Shown one piece after another: positions 37,245 through 45,412 of a stretch of DNA of 64,000 bases. Source of the stretch: Phycisphaeraceae bacterium (GTDB lineage Bacteria > Planctomycetota > Phycisphaerae > Phycisphaerales > SM1A02); the NCBI GenBank assembly GCA_019636735.1, contig JAHBWY010000005.1:28117-92116 (forward strand), written 5' to 3'. The notes beneath the pieces are model-generated. The model searched no databases, was not told the origin of the DNA, and worked only from the letters and a program-made list of their open reading frames with translations. The position numbers and the translations under genes are program-made. The first letter of the stretch is position 1. Every line of letters starts with the position of its first letter.

Positions 37245-39112
37245 TCACCTTCCTGTTGCTGGCTCATTACAAGCAGCGCGAGTGCCACCGCGGCCTCGAG
37301 CTGCGCCTTGCTCTTTCCCGCCGACCATTGGACGAACTGCTCGTCCGTTTCGAATCCAAGAGCGGCGAGGAACGAGTCCAGGCGATCCTGGGCGCTCCCG
37401 ATGCTCTCCACTCCTGTACGCAGGAATTCCGACGACTCACAGCAGATCGGATCGATTGTGAGCAGATCGTCACCGCTGCTCCAGTTCCCGATCAGGACCG
37501 CCAGGTCGTAGCCGTCGATCTTGACCTCTCCCTCAGGCGGTGTCGGGCCCAGGTCGAATGGACAGGCCTCGCTGCCTACTGAGCCCCAATGTCCAAGGAG
37601 CGCCGCCAGATCGGAACCGTCGATCCGATCATTCCCGTCGAAGTCCATCAGGTGGGCGAGCTTGTAGAGCGTGGTTCCTGCGATCACGAGCACCATGCCG
37701 CGATCGTTGACGGACGCCGCGAATGGGAGCTCGCCCTCGATCGTGCAGGCTCTGGTCACGGTGGCAAGATCAACGGCGCACCAGTCCGTTTCGAGGTCCT
37801 CCCCGCCCGGGTGCTCCCAGATGACGGCATGCGGACCGCCGCCAGCAGACTCCGACTCCTCTTCCTCCTCGACAAGTGGAACGGGTGAACGGAAGCCGGT
37901 GACTCGGATCAAGCCGTCGGCGCCGATCGAGATCGACTCCGCGCCGCTGGCATCGTTCGGCTCTTCGAGGAATGTTCCCAGATTGAGGTAAGGAAGGTCG
38001 TCGCTTCCAAGCGACCAGATCCACGCGTTGCGAACGCAGTCTTGGAAGGCAGGCGGAGCCTGCTGGCCAACGCCGACGGCCAGGCATCGCCCTTCTTCGC
38101 CAAGCGCAATTGCACGAGCGATGTTCTCGAAGTACAGCCAGTCGGACTCGCCGTCGGGCTGGTGCGGGTATGGCAGCAGACCGCCGCTGGGAGTCGAACC
38201 CATTGACCAGCCGTACGAATCCCGGGTTCGGCGGTCGGACGGGCAGTCGGCAAGGCTGAACTCCGCAGTGCACGGCCCAGGTTGCGGCGTCCTCTGCACG
38301 AACCCGACGGCCGCGGTGCCGGTCCCGGTGATCGCATACGGTCGGGCCATCGTGGGCAGCTCCCAATCTGATGGAAGCTCCTCTCCAAAATCACTGGACG
38401 ACCCAGTCCATTGAATGGCAAAGGGAAGGGATCCCCCTTCGCTATCCGAGCAGAACGAGAATGTCCCCACCACGATCGGCTCGAACCCGTCGGAGAGCGC
38501 CCACGCCAACCCGGTCCGAGGATCCGGCTCGCTTGCCGGCGATGATTGAGGATGCGGCGGCAAGTAGGGCGAAAGGTCGAAGACATCGTGCCCTGTTGAA
38601 CTGCTGCTCTCGCGCCACCAGATGCACGGCAGCGCGTTGCTCAATGCGGCGGTGGCGCCGGGATCGGGCAGCACGCCACCGACGACACTCCCGACATCGT
38701 TGATGCCCAGGGCCACTGACGCATCGGCGCCGCTTGGATGAAGCGAATGCAGCCCGGCGGAGAGCCCGTAGAGATCACGCGGAAGCCAGAGAAATGCCTC
38801 GGTCGTCTGACTCGAGCCTTCACCAACGACCCTCGATCCGGCGACGGCGCCATCGTCATTCGAGACAACGCGCGTGGTGATCGAATGGCGCCCCGAAATG
38901 AGCACGCTCGTCCCACTGCGAATCGAAGTCACAATGGGCACTGCCCGGTAGCGCTCGCAAGTCTGCGGCATTCCTCGCGCCCCAGCGACCGCCAGCAGGT
39001 GAATCGCTGCGAGCGCGGTCAGAGTCGGCGCGAGCCGACGGACGACGGACGACGGACGACGGACGACGGACGACGGACGACGGACGACGGACGACGGACT
39101 CAAGTTGTTCAT
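37241..39112 (-). CDS. HAF-repeat extracellular protein with dockerin-like EF-hand pair, copy A (in frame)
   Basis: GGAGGAG Shine-Dalgarno at 39116-39122, ATG at 39112, (PSSVVRR)x3, signal core LAPTLTALAAIHLLAVAGARG. HAF-like repeats (TEAFLWLP...ALGINDVGSVVGG). C-terminal DFDGNDRIDGSDLAALLGHWG and KIDGYDLAVLIGNWS. Confidence 0.75.
   Translation of the reverse strand: MNNLSPSSVVRRPSSVVRRPSSVVRRLAPTLTALAAIHLLAVAGARGMPQTCERYRAVPIVTSIRSGTSVLISGRHSITTRVVSNDDGAVAGSRVVGEGSSQTTEAFLWLPRDLYGLSAGLHSLHPSGADASVALGINDVGSVVGGVLPDPGATAALSNALPCIWWRESSSSTGHDVFDLSPYLPPHPQSSPASEPDPRTGLAWALSDGFEPIVVGTFSFCSDSEGGSLPFAIQWTGSSSDFGEELPSDWELPTMARPYAITGTGTAAVGFVQRTPQPGPCTAEFSLADCPSDRRTRDSYGWSMGSTPSGGLLPYPHQPDGESDWLYFENIARAIALGEEGRCLAVGVGQQAPPAFQDCVRNAWIWSLGSDDLPYLNLGTFLEEPNDASGAESISIGADGLIRVTGFRSPVPLVEEEEESESAGGGPHAVIWEHPGGEDLETDWCAVDLATVTRACTIEGELPFAASVNDRGMVLVIAGTTLYKLAHLMDFDGNDRIDGSDLAALLGHWGSVGSEACPFDLGPTPPEGEVKIDGYDLAVLIGNWSSGDDLLTIDPICCESSEFLRTGVESIGSAQDRLDSFLAALGFETDEQFVQWSAGKSKAQLEAAVALALLVMSQQQEGE
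39036..39098 (-). repeat. Heptanucleotide microsatellite (TCCGTCG)x9 within the 5' coding region
   Basis: Nine perfect tandem units counted base by base (plus-strand CGACGGA, 39036-39098). Confidence 0.95.
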
Positions 39113-39473
39113 CGACTCCTCCGCAGGTGAACCCGAGGTGGACCACTCGGAGAGAACCGGGTGGCCTGGATTTGCGGAAACCGGACTTGTTGGACTTTAC
39201 CGCCGTTCCGGAGCAGGTCAAGGCGCTGCGAGCAGATCTCGATGGAGCAGAATGGCATTTCCTGAGTGTTGAGGGGGCGGACGGTGGTCAAATGGGCCGT
39301 TGCAACGAGATCGCCGAGTTCCTTCGTTCCCAACACCCCAGCGTTCACCACGGCGTCGGCTCCCTGCTCACTCCCCTGCTCTCGGATCCCCCATCACTGG
39401 CGCAGTTGGTCCTGCTTCCCCTGGTCATTCCCGCGGCGTGGATCGCGTGCTCGTGGTGGGCGCGGCGGCTTGC

Positions 39474-39950
39474 CTACTCGCCGATGTCCTCGGCCCAGAG
39501 GTCGGGCTTCTCGCGCTGAAGGCGCTCCATCAGTGCCACACAGCGCTCGTCGTTCAACAGGCGCAGCTCAATGCCCTCGCGCCTCATCCACTCCTCCGCG
39601 CCGAGATAGGTGCGGTGCTCGCCGATCACCACGCGCGGGATCCTGAAGAGGATCGCGGTCCCCGAACACATGGGACACGGCGAGAGCGTGCTCACCAGCG
39701 TGAGCGACCGCCAGTCGCGCCGGCGCCCGGCGCGGCGGATGCAGTCAACCTCCGCATGCGCCGTGGGGTCGCCGCTCTGCACGCGCTGGTTGTGGCCTGC
39801 CGCCACGACGCGCCCGCTCGGGTCAAGCAGCGCCGAGCCGATGGGAATGCCGCCCTCGCGCCAGCTCTTCTCCGCCTGCTCGATCGCCGCGAGCCCAGTG
39901 CGAGCCGTGGTGATCGGTGATCCCGACCTGACTTGTTGCTCGACTTTCAC
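39474..39950 (-). CDS. Cytosine deaminase, yeast Fcy1-type (CMP/dCMP zinc-deaminase fold), copy 2, intact
   Basis: HAEVDCI...TLSPCPMCSG zinc motifs. The C-terminus NDERCVALMERLQREKPDLWAEDIGE closely parallels the Fcy1 C-terminus (...DDERCKKIMKQFIDERPQDWFEDIGE, quoted from memory). Confidence 0.8.
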   Translation of the reverse strand: MKVEQQVRSGSPITTARTGLAAIEQAEKSWREGGIPIGSALLDPSGRVVAAGHNQRVQSGDPTAHAEVDCIRRAGRRRDWRSLTLVSTLSPCPMCSGTAILFRIPRVVIGEHRTYLGAEEWMRREGIELRLLNDERCVALMERLQREKPDLWAEDIGE

Positions 39951-40030
39951 ATCGCATCGTGGCGCTCCGTCAGGATGGCCGTTTCAGCGTCCTGCGAGCA
40001 TCACGGTTGAGCGAAGCCCTTACCGGGCGG

Positions 40031-40696
40031 TCACCCCCGCCTTCGGCCGCGAGTGCGCAGTGCGACCAGCGCCAGGAGCAAGGCGGCGCTGGGCGCGGGA
40101 ACCGCGAAGCTCATGTACTCGATCATGCCGGCTACGGCGACTGTAAAGCCTTGAGGCGGCGGGGGCGGAATCAGTCGCACCCGGTCAAACGGCGTGACCG
40201 ACTGGAAGCCTACGAACACCGCCACTGCGTCATTGGGCGGCATTCCAAAGGGGATGTTGCTTGCAAAGATATCCCCGACGAGCGTATCGCCGAGGTAGAA
40301 CTCAACATGAACACCCATGTAGTTCAACGGCCGGGTGCCCCAGAACTTCAAGGGGGCTGCGAACTCCATGTTGATTTCGTAGATGCCTGGCGGCACGGGG
40401 TTCCATATGTCCTTACCCCCAATTGCCGGCTTCAGAGCCTGCGGATAGCCTGGATTCCACGCGTAGGCCGACCAGTCGTCCCCGTCGGTGAAACTCACGC
40501 CCTGCGGGGCCCATTGATTTGTTATAAGTGTGTTGGCCGGAACATCACCGAAATTGACCTGCGTGATGTTCGAGGCACCGCCAGCCGCCGACACCCACGC
40601 TGCTTTGTCAATGGTGTAGGACACGCCCGCCACGGCGTGCCCGGTCGTGACAGCGAACACGCACAGTACCGCCGCTCTCTGATCCTGTTTCATCAC
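40031..40696 (-). CDS. PEP-CTERM-like anchored secreted protein, variant B
   Basis: Same C-terminal AVPAPSAALLLALVALRTRGRRRG and same TGATG start overlap as variant A, but an unrelated 190-aa passenger (signal peptide AAVLCVFAVTTGHAVAG). Confidence 0.65.
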   Translation of the reverse strand: MMKQDQRAAVLCVFAVTTGHAVAGVSYTIDKAAWVSAAGGASNITQVNFGDVPANTLITNQWAPQGVSFTDGDDWSAYAWNPGYPQALKPAIGGKDIWNPVPPGIYEINMEFAAPLKFWGTRPLNYMGVHVEFYLGDTLVGDIFASNIPFGMPPNDAVAVFVGFQSVTPFDRVRLIPPPPPQGFTVAVAGMIEYMSFAVPAPSAALLLALVALRTRGRRRG

Positions 40697-42524
40697 TCAC
40701 CTTCCTGTTGCTGGCTCATTACAAGCAGCGCGAGTGCCACCGCGGCCTCGAGCTGCGCCTTGCTTTTTCCCGCCGACCATTGGACGAACTGCTCGTCCGT
40801 TTCGAATCCAAGAGCGGCGAGGAACGAGTCCAGGCGATCCTGGGCGCTCCCGATGCTCTCCACTCCTGTACGCAGGAATTCCGACGACTCACAGCAGATC
40901 GGATCGATTGTGAGCAGATCGTCACCGCTGCTCCAGTTCCCGATCAGGACCGCCAGGTCGTAGCCGTCGATCTTGACCTCTCCCTCGGGCGGTGTCGGGC
41001 CCAGGTCGAATGGACAGGCCTCGCTGCCTTCTGCACCCCACACTCCTAGCAACATTGCCAGATCTGACCCGTCAACCCGATCATTCCCGTCGAAGTCCAT
41101 CAGGTGGGCGAGCTTGTAGAGCGTGGTTCCTGCGATCACGAGCACCATGCCGCGATCGTTGACGGACGCCGCGAATGGGAGCTCGCCCTCGATCGTGCAG
41201 GCTCTGGTCACGGTGGCAAGATCAACGGCGCACCAGTCCGTTTCGAGGTCCTCCCCGCCCGGGTGCTCCCAGATGACGGCATGCGGACCGCCGCCAGCAG
41301 ACTCCGACTCCTCTTCCTCCTCGACAAGTGGAACGGGTGAACGGAAGCCGGCGACTCGGACGCTGTCGGGCGCCGATCGAGATCACCGATTCTTCCGCCG
41401 GCATCGCCCGATTTTTCGAGGAATGTACCCAGATTGAGGTAAGGCCGTCGCTTCCAAGCGACCAGATCCACGCGTTGCGAACGCAGTCTTGGAAGGCAGG
41501 CGGAGCCTGCTGGCCAACGCCGACGGCCAGGCATCGCCCTTCTTCGCCAAGCGCAATTGCACGAGCGATGTTCTCGAAGTACAGCCAGTCGGACTCGCCG
41601 TCGGGCTGGTGCGGGTATGGCAGCAGACCGCCGCTGGGAGTCGAACCCATTGACCAGCCGTACGAATCCCGGGTTCGGAGGAGTGTGGGGCAGTTGGGTT
41701 GTCCTAGCTCGGTCGAACACGGCCCAGGTTGCGGCGTCCTCTGCACGAACCCGACGGCCGCGGTGCCGGTCCCGGTGATCGCATACGGTCGGGCCATCGT
41801 GGGCAGCTCCCAATCTGATGGAAGCTCCTCTCCAAAATCACTGGACGACCCAGTCCATTGAATGGCAAAGGGAAGGGATCCCCCTTCGCTATCCGAGCAG
41901 AACGAGAATGTCCCCACCACGATCGGCTCGAACCCGTCGGAGAGCGCCCACGCCAACCCGGTCCGAGGATCCGGCTCGCTTGCCGGCGATGATTGAGGAT
42001 GCGGCGGCAAGTAGGGCGAAAGGTCGAAGAACTCGTGCCCTGTTGAACTGCTGCTCTCGCGCCACCAGATGCACGGCAGCGCGTTGCTCAATGCGGCGGT
42101 GGCGCCGGGATCGGGCAGCACGCCACCGACGACACTCCCGACATCGTTGATGCCCAGGGCCACTGACGCATCGGCGCCGCTTGGATGAAGCGAATGCAGC
42201 CCGGCGGAGAGCCCGTAGAGATCACGCGGAAGCCAGAGAAATGCCTCGGTCGTCTGACTCGAGCCTTCACCAACGACCCTCGATCCGGCGACGGCGCCAT
42301 CGTCATTCGAGACAACGCGCGTGGTGATCGAATGGCGCCCCGAAATGAGCACGCTCGTCCCACTGCGAATCGAAGTCACAATGGGCACTGCCCGGTAGCG
42401 CTCGCAAGTCTGCGGCATTCCTCGCGCCCCAGCGACCGCCAGCAGGTGAATCGCTGCGAGCGCGGTCAGAGTCGGCGCGAGCCGACGGACGACGGACGAC
42501 GGACGACGGAATCAAGTTGTTCAT
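40693..42524 (-). pseudogene. HAF-repeat/dockerin-like protein, copy B (out of frame at the leader, frameshifted internally)
   Basis: ATG 42524 opens only a 73-aa ORF. The body is split into 41222..42418 and 40693..41211, with at least 3 frame changes between about 41340 and 41460 relative to copy A. Elsewhere it is near-identical to copy A. Confidence 0.8.
42483..42510 (-). repeat. Heptanucleotide microsatellite (TCCGTCG)x4
   Basis: Four perfect units. This is 35 nt shorter than in copy A, which shifts the frame. Confidence 0.95.
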
Positions 42525-42885
42525 CGACTCCTCCGCAGGTGAACCCGAGGTGGACCACTCGGAGAGAACCGGGTGGCCTGGATTTGCGGAAACCGGACTT
42601 GTTGGACTTTACCGCCGTTCCGGAGCAGGTCAAGGCGCTGCGAGCAGATCTCGATGGAGCAGAATGGCATTTCCTGAGTGTTGAGGGGGCGGACGGTGGT
42701 CAAATGGGCCGTTGCAACGAGATCGCCGAGTTCCTTCGTTCCCAACACCCCAGCGTTCACCACGGCGTCGGCTCCCTGCTCACTCCCCTGCTCTCGGATC
42801 CCCCATCACTGGCGCAGTTGGTCCTGCTTCCCCTGGTCATTCCCGCGGCGTGGATCGCGTGCTCGTGGTGGACGCGGCGGCTTGC

Positions 42886-43355
42886 CTACTCGCCGATGTC
42901 CTCGGCCCAGAGGTCGGGCTTCTCGCGCTGAAGGCGCTCCATCAGTGCCACACAGCGCTCGTCGTTCAACAGGCGCAGCTCAATGCCCTCGCGCCTCATC
43001 CACTCCTCCGCGCCGAGATAGGTGCGGTGCTCGCCGATCACCACGCGCGGGATCCTGAAGAGGATCGCGGTCCCCGAACACATGGGACACGGCGAGAGCG
43101 TGCTCACCAGCGTGAGCGACCGCCAGTCGCGCCGGCGCCCGGCGCGGCGGATGCAGTCAACCTCCGCATGCGCCGTGGGGTCGCCGCTCTGCACGCGCTG
43201 GTTGTGGCCTGCCGCCACGACGCGCCCGCTCGGGCCGGGCAAGCCGCCGAGCCGATGGGAATGCCGCCTTCGAGCCAGCTCGTCTCCGCCTGCTCGATCG
43301 CCGCGTCGAGACCGGCGCGGATGGCGGCATCGGGAGGCCAGGCGGAGACGCTCAC
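42886..43355 (-). pseudogene. Cytosine deaminase copy 3 (frameshifted; divergent N-terminus)
   Basis: From PSGRVVAAGHNQ to the stop it is identical in protein sequence to copy 2 (ORF 42886..43242). The N-terminal part ...DAAIRAGLDAAIEQAETSWLEGGIPIGSA lies in another frame (ORF 43104..43472; candidate GTG at 43355). The junction near 43235-43245 has 10 nt where copy 2 has 8. Confidence 0.75.
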
Positions 43356-43389
43356 GCGCAATCCTTCCAGCGGGTTGCAGCCATGGGTG

Positions 43390-44454
43390 TCAAGATCCGC
43401 GGCGCGACGATCCGCTCGTGGCCGACCCTGCGGCAGCCCCCGCACCCGGGGCTTGATCAGCACTGGCGGCAATGGTGCGGCTCAGTCCATCCTCGAACGA
43501 GACGATCGGGCTGTAGTTGATGAGCGCCTTGGCCGCGCGGATGTCCGCCTCGCTGTCGCGCACATCGCCGCGCCGCATGGGATGAAAGACCCGTTCGGCC
43601 TTCGTGCCGACGCCACGCTCGATCGCCTCCAGCAGCTCAAGCAGCGAGAAGCGCCCGCCACAGCCGATGTTGACCACCTGGCCTTCAAGCGCCGATGCAG
43701 TCGTCGCCGCGCAGAGGTTCGCGTGCACCGCGTTCGCCACGAAGGTGAAGTCTCGCGTCTGCCTTCCATCGCCATAGATCTCGACCGGGGCACCTTCGCG
43801 CACGGCCTTGATCCAGCGCGGCACGACCGCCGCGTATGCCGAGTCATGCCGCTGCCGGGGACCGAAGATGTTGAAGTAGCGCAGCGAGACGGTCTCCAAG
43901 CCGTAGCAGATGGCCCATGCTCGGAGTGAGTGCTCGCCCGCCAGCTTCGTCATTGCGTAGGGTGACCGCGGATCGGGCCGCATGGTTTCGACCTTCGGCA
44001 GCGTTGGCGTATCGCCATAGGCGCTCGAACTCGCGGAGTAGACGACGCGCTTCACTCCATGCCGCCGCGCCGCCTGAAGCACGGCCACCGTGCCGTCGGC
44101 GTTGGCCGCCTGGAAGCGATCGGGGTTCTCCACGCTCGCCGGCACGCTGCCCAGCGCCGCAAGGTGAAAGACAACCTTCGCCCCGCCCATCGCTTCGTCG
44201 AGCGCCGAGAGGTCAAGAATGCTCGAGGCGAAGACGCGCACCCGGCTGGCCACCCGGGAGAGATTGACCTCGCGTCCGTTGGAGAAATCGTCGATCACGC
44301 TCACATCGGCGCCAAGCTCGACGAGCGCGTCGACCACATGCGATCCGATGAAGCCCGCGCCACCGGTCACGCAGACGCGCATGCCCGAGAGCGCCTTGCC
44401 GGAGTCATGAAGCAGGGAGGACCGGGTCGTGCTCGGCGGCGTGGTCATGGTCAT
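43390..44454 (-). CDS. NAD-dependent sugar-nucleotide epimerase/dehydratase (SDR family)
   Basis: MRVCVTGGAGFIGSHVVDAL..., catalytic YSASSSAYGD...K context; WbpP/TviC-like length. The start may instead be the Met at 44382, which would remove the overlap with the desaturase. Confidence 0.85.
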   Translation of the reverse strand: MTMTTPPSTTRSSLLHDSGKALSGMRVCVTGGAGFIGSHVVDALVELGADVSVIDDFSNGREVNLSRVASRVRVFASSILDLSALDEAMGGAKVVFHLAALGSVPASVENPDRFQAANADGTVAVLQAARRHGVKRVVYSASSSAYGDTPTLPKVETMRPDPRSPYAMTKLAGEHSLRAWAICYGLETVSLRYFNIFGPRQRHDSAYAAVVPRWIKAVREGAPVEIYGDGRQTRDFTFVANAVHANLCAATTASALEGQVVNIGCGGRFSLLELLEAIERGVGTKAERVFHPMRRGDVRDSEADIRAAKALINYSPIVSFEDGLSRTIAASADQAPGAGAAAGSATSGSSRRGS

Positions 44455-45412
44455 CGGAGCGTACCGGCCCCGACACCGACCGTCGATCGATCGGCGACCC
44501 TCGACGCCTGGCGCTGACTCGATCGTGCGAGGGAAGCCGAATGTCCTTGGCCAACCCCACGCTGCTCAACAGGCGAATGAGCCACCAGCTCGCATCCAGC
44601 TCCCACCATCGAAGTCCGTGACGCGCGCTTGATGGAAAGGCGTGATGATTGTTGTGCCACCCCTCGCCCATGGCGAGCACGCCCACGATGAAGTTGTTCC
44701 GGCTCTCATCGCCGCTCTCATACGGCCGTGATCCCCAGAGGTGACAGATCGAGTTGACGCTCCAGGTGACATGATGCACCGCCATGACACGAATGAGGCC
44801 ACCCCAGAGGAATCCCGTGATGGCCCCGTACCAGGAGAGTGTGATCACTCCGCCAATGACCGCCGGCGCAATCAAGCCGATCAACACCCACAATCGAAAC
44901 TGCCGATCAACGGCCACCAGGACCGGATCGCGCTCAAGATCCCGGGAGTAGCGCCCCAGGCCGCCCTGGTGCGGCGCGAAGAGCCAGCCGAGATGCGCGT
45001 GAAACGCCCCGCGCAGCGTGGCCCACCAGCCCTCGCCCCACGACCCATGGTCGCCCATGTGCGGAGAGTGCGGATCGCCCTCGGTGTCCGAGTGCACATG
45101 ATGGCGCCGATGCTCGGCGCACCAGGTGATGACCGGCCCCTGCACGGCCATGGAACCCGCCGCCGCCAGCATGTAGCGCACCGGCGCCGGCGTGGTGAAT
45201 GCCCGATGCGTGCAGAGTCGATGAAAGCCGACGGTGATGCCCAACGCCGTCATCACCGAGAAGCCCAGGAAGAGCGAAAGCGAGACCGCGTCGATGGCGG
45301 TCCCCCAGAGCAGAGCGATCGCCACGGCCAGCCCGCCCGGCGGCAGGAGCACGGCAAAGAGGTTGATCAGTCGTCGCTTGGAATCTGCCGGAGTCAGTTC
45401 TCGGCGGCTCAA
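44405..45412 (-). CDS. Acyl-CoA/acyl-lipid delta-9 desaturase family protein, paralog 1
   Basis: Histidine boxes [19 protein letters not shown] and [18 protein letters not shown]. Apparent TTG start overlaps the atpA stop (TTGA). Confidence 0.85.
   Translation of the reverse strand: MSRRELTPADSKRRLINLFAVLLPPGGLAVAIALLWGTAIDAVSLSLFLGFSVMTALGITVGFHRLCTHRAFTTPAPVRYMLAAAGSMAVQGPVITWCAEHRRHHVHSDTEGDPHSPHMGDHGSWGEGWWATLRGAFHAHLGWLFAPHQGGLGRYSRDLERDPVLVAVDRQFRLWVLIGLIAPAVIGGVITLSWYGAITGFLWGGLIRVMAVHHVTWSVNSICHLWGSRPYESGDESRNNFIVGVLAMGEGWHNNHHAFPSSARHGLRWWELDASWWLIRLLSSVGLAKDIRLPSHDRVSARRRGSPIDRRSVSGPVRSDDHDHAAEHDPVLPAS

Noticed and set aside
38232-38271. Diversity-generating retroelement as the source of the hypervariable patch
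   Set aside because: No reverse transcriptase or template repeat is in the window, and the differences between the two copies affect all four bases rather than adenine-specific positions.
39036-39098. Heptanucleotide tract as an assembly or sequencing artefact
   Set aside because: The same unit occurs at the equivalent position of the paralog with a different whole number of units, and the flanks are clean. This cannot be excluded without reads, so the check is listed under the finding rather than dismissing the signal.
39109-39351. 80-aa minus-strand ORF upstream of and overlapping (ATGA) the HAF gene start; duplicated at 42521..42763
   Set aside because: No motifs. Both strands have similarly open frames here, and the region most plausibly holds the HAF promoter and 5' UTR. 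It is kept in mind as a possible upstream ORF but is not supportable from sequence alone.
39127-39519. 130-aa plus-strand ORF ending in the duplicated membrane-protein C-terminus (also 42185..42931)
   Set aside because: Its 3' end is a copied fragment of gene 29213..30448, and its 5' part is antisense or promoter DNA of the HAF gene. It is most likely a chimeric by-product of the duplication rather than a gene.
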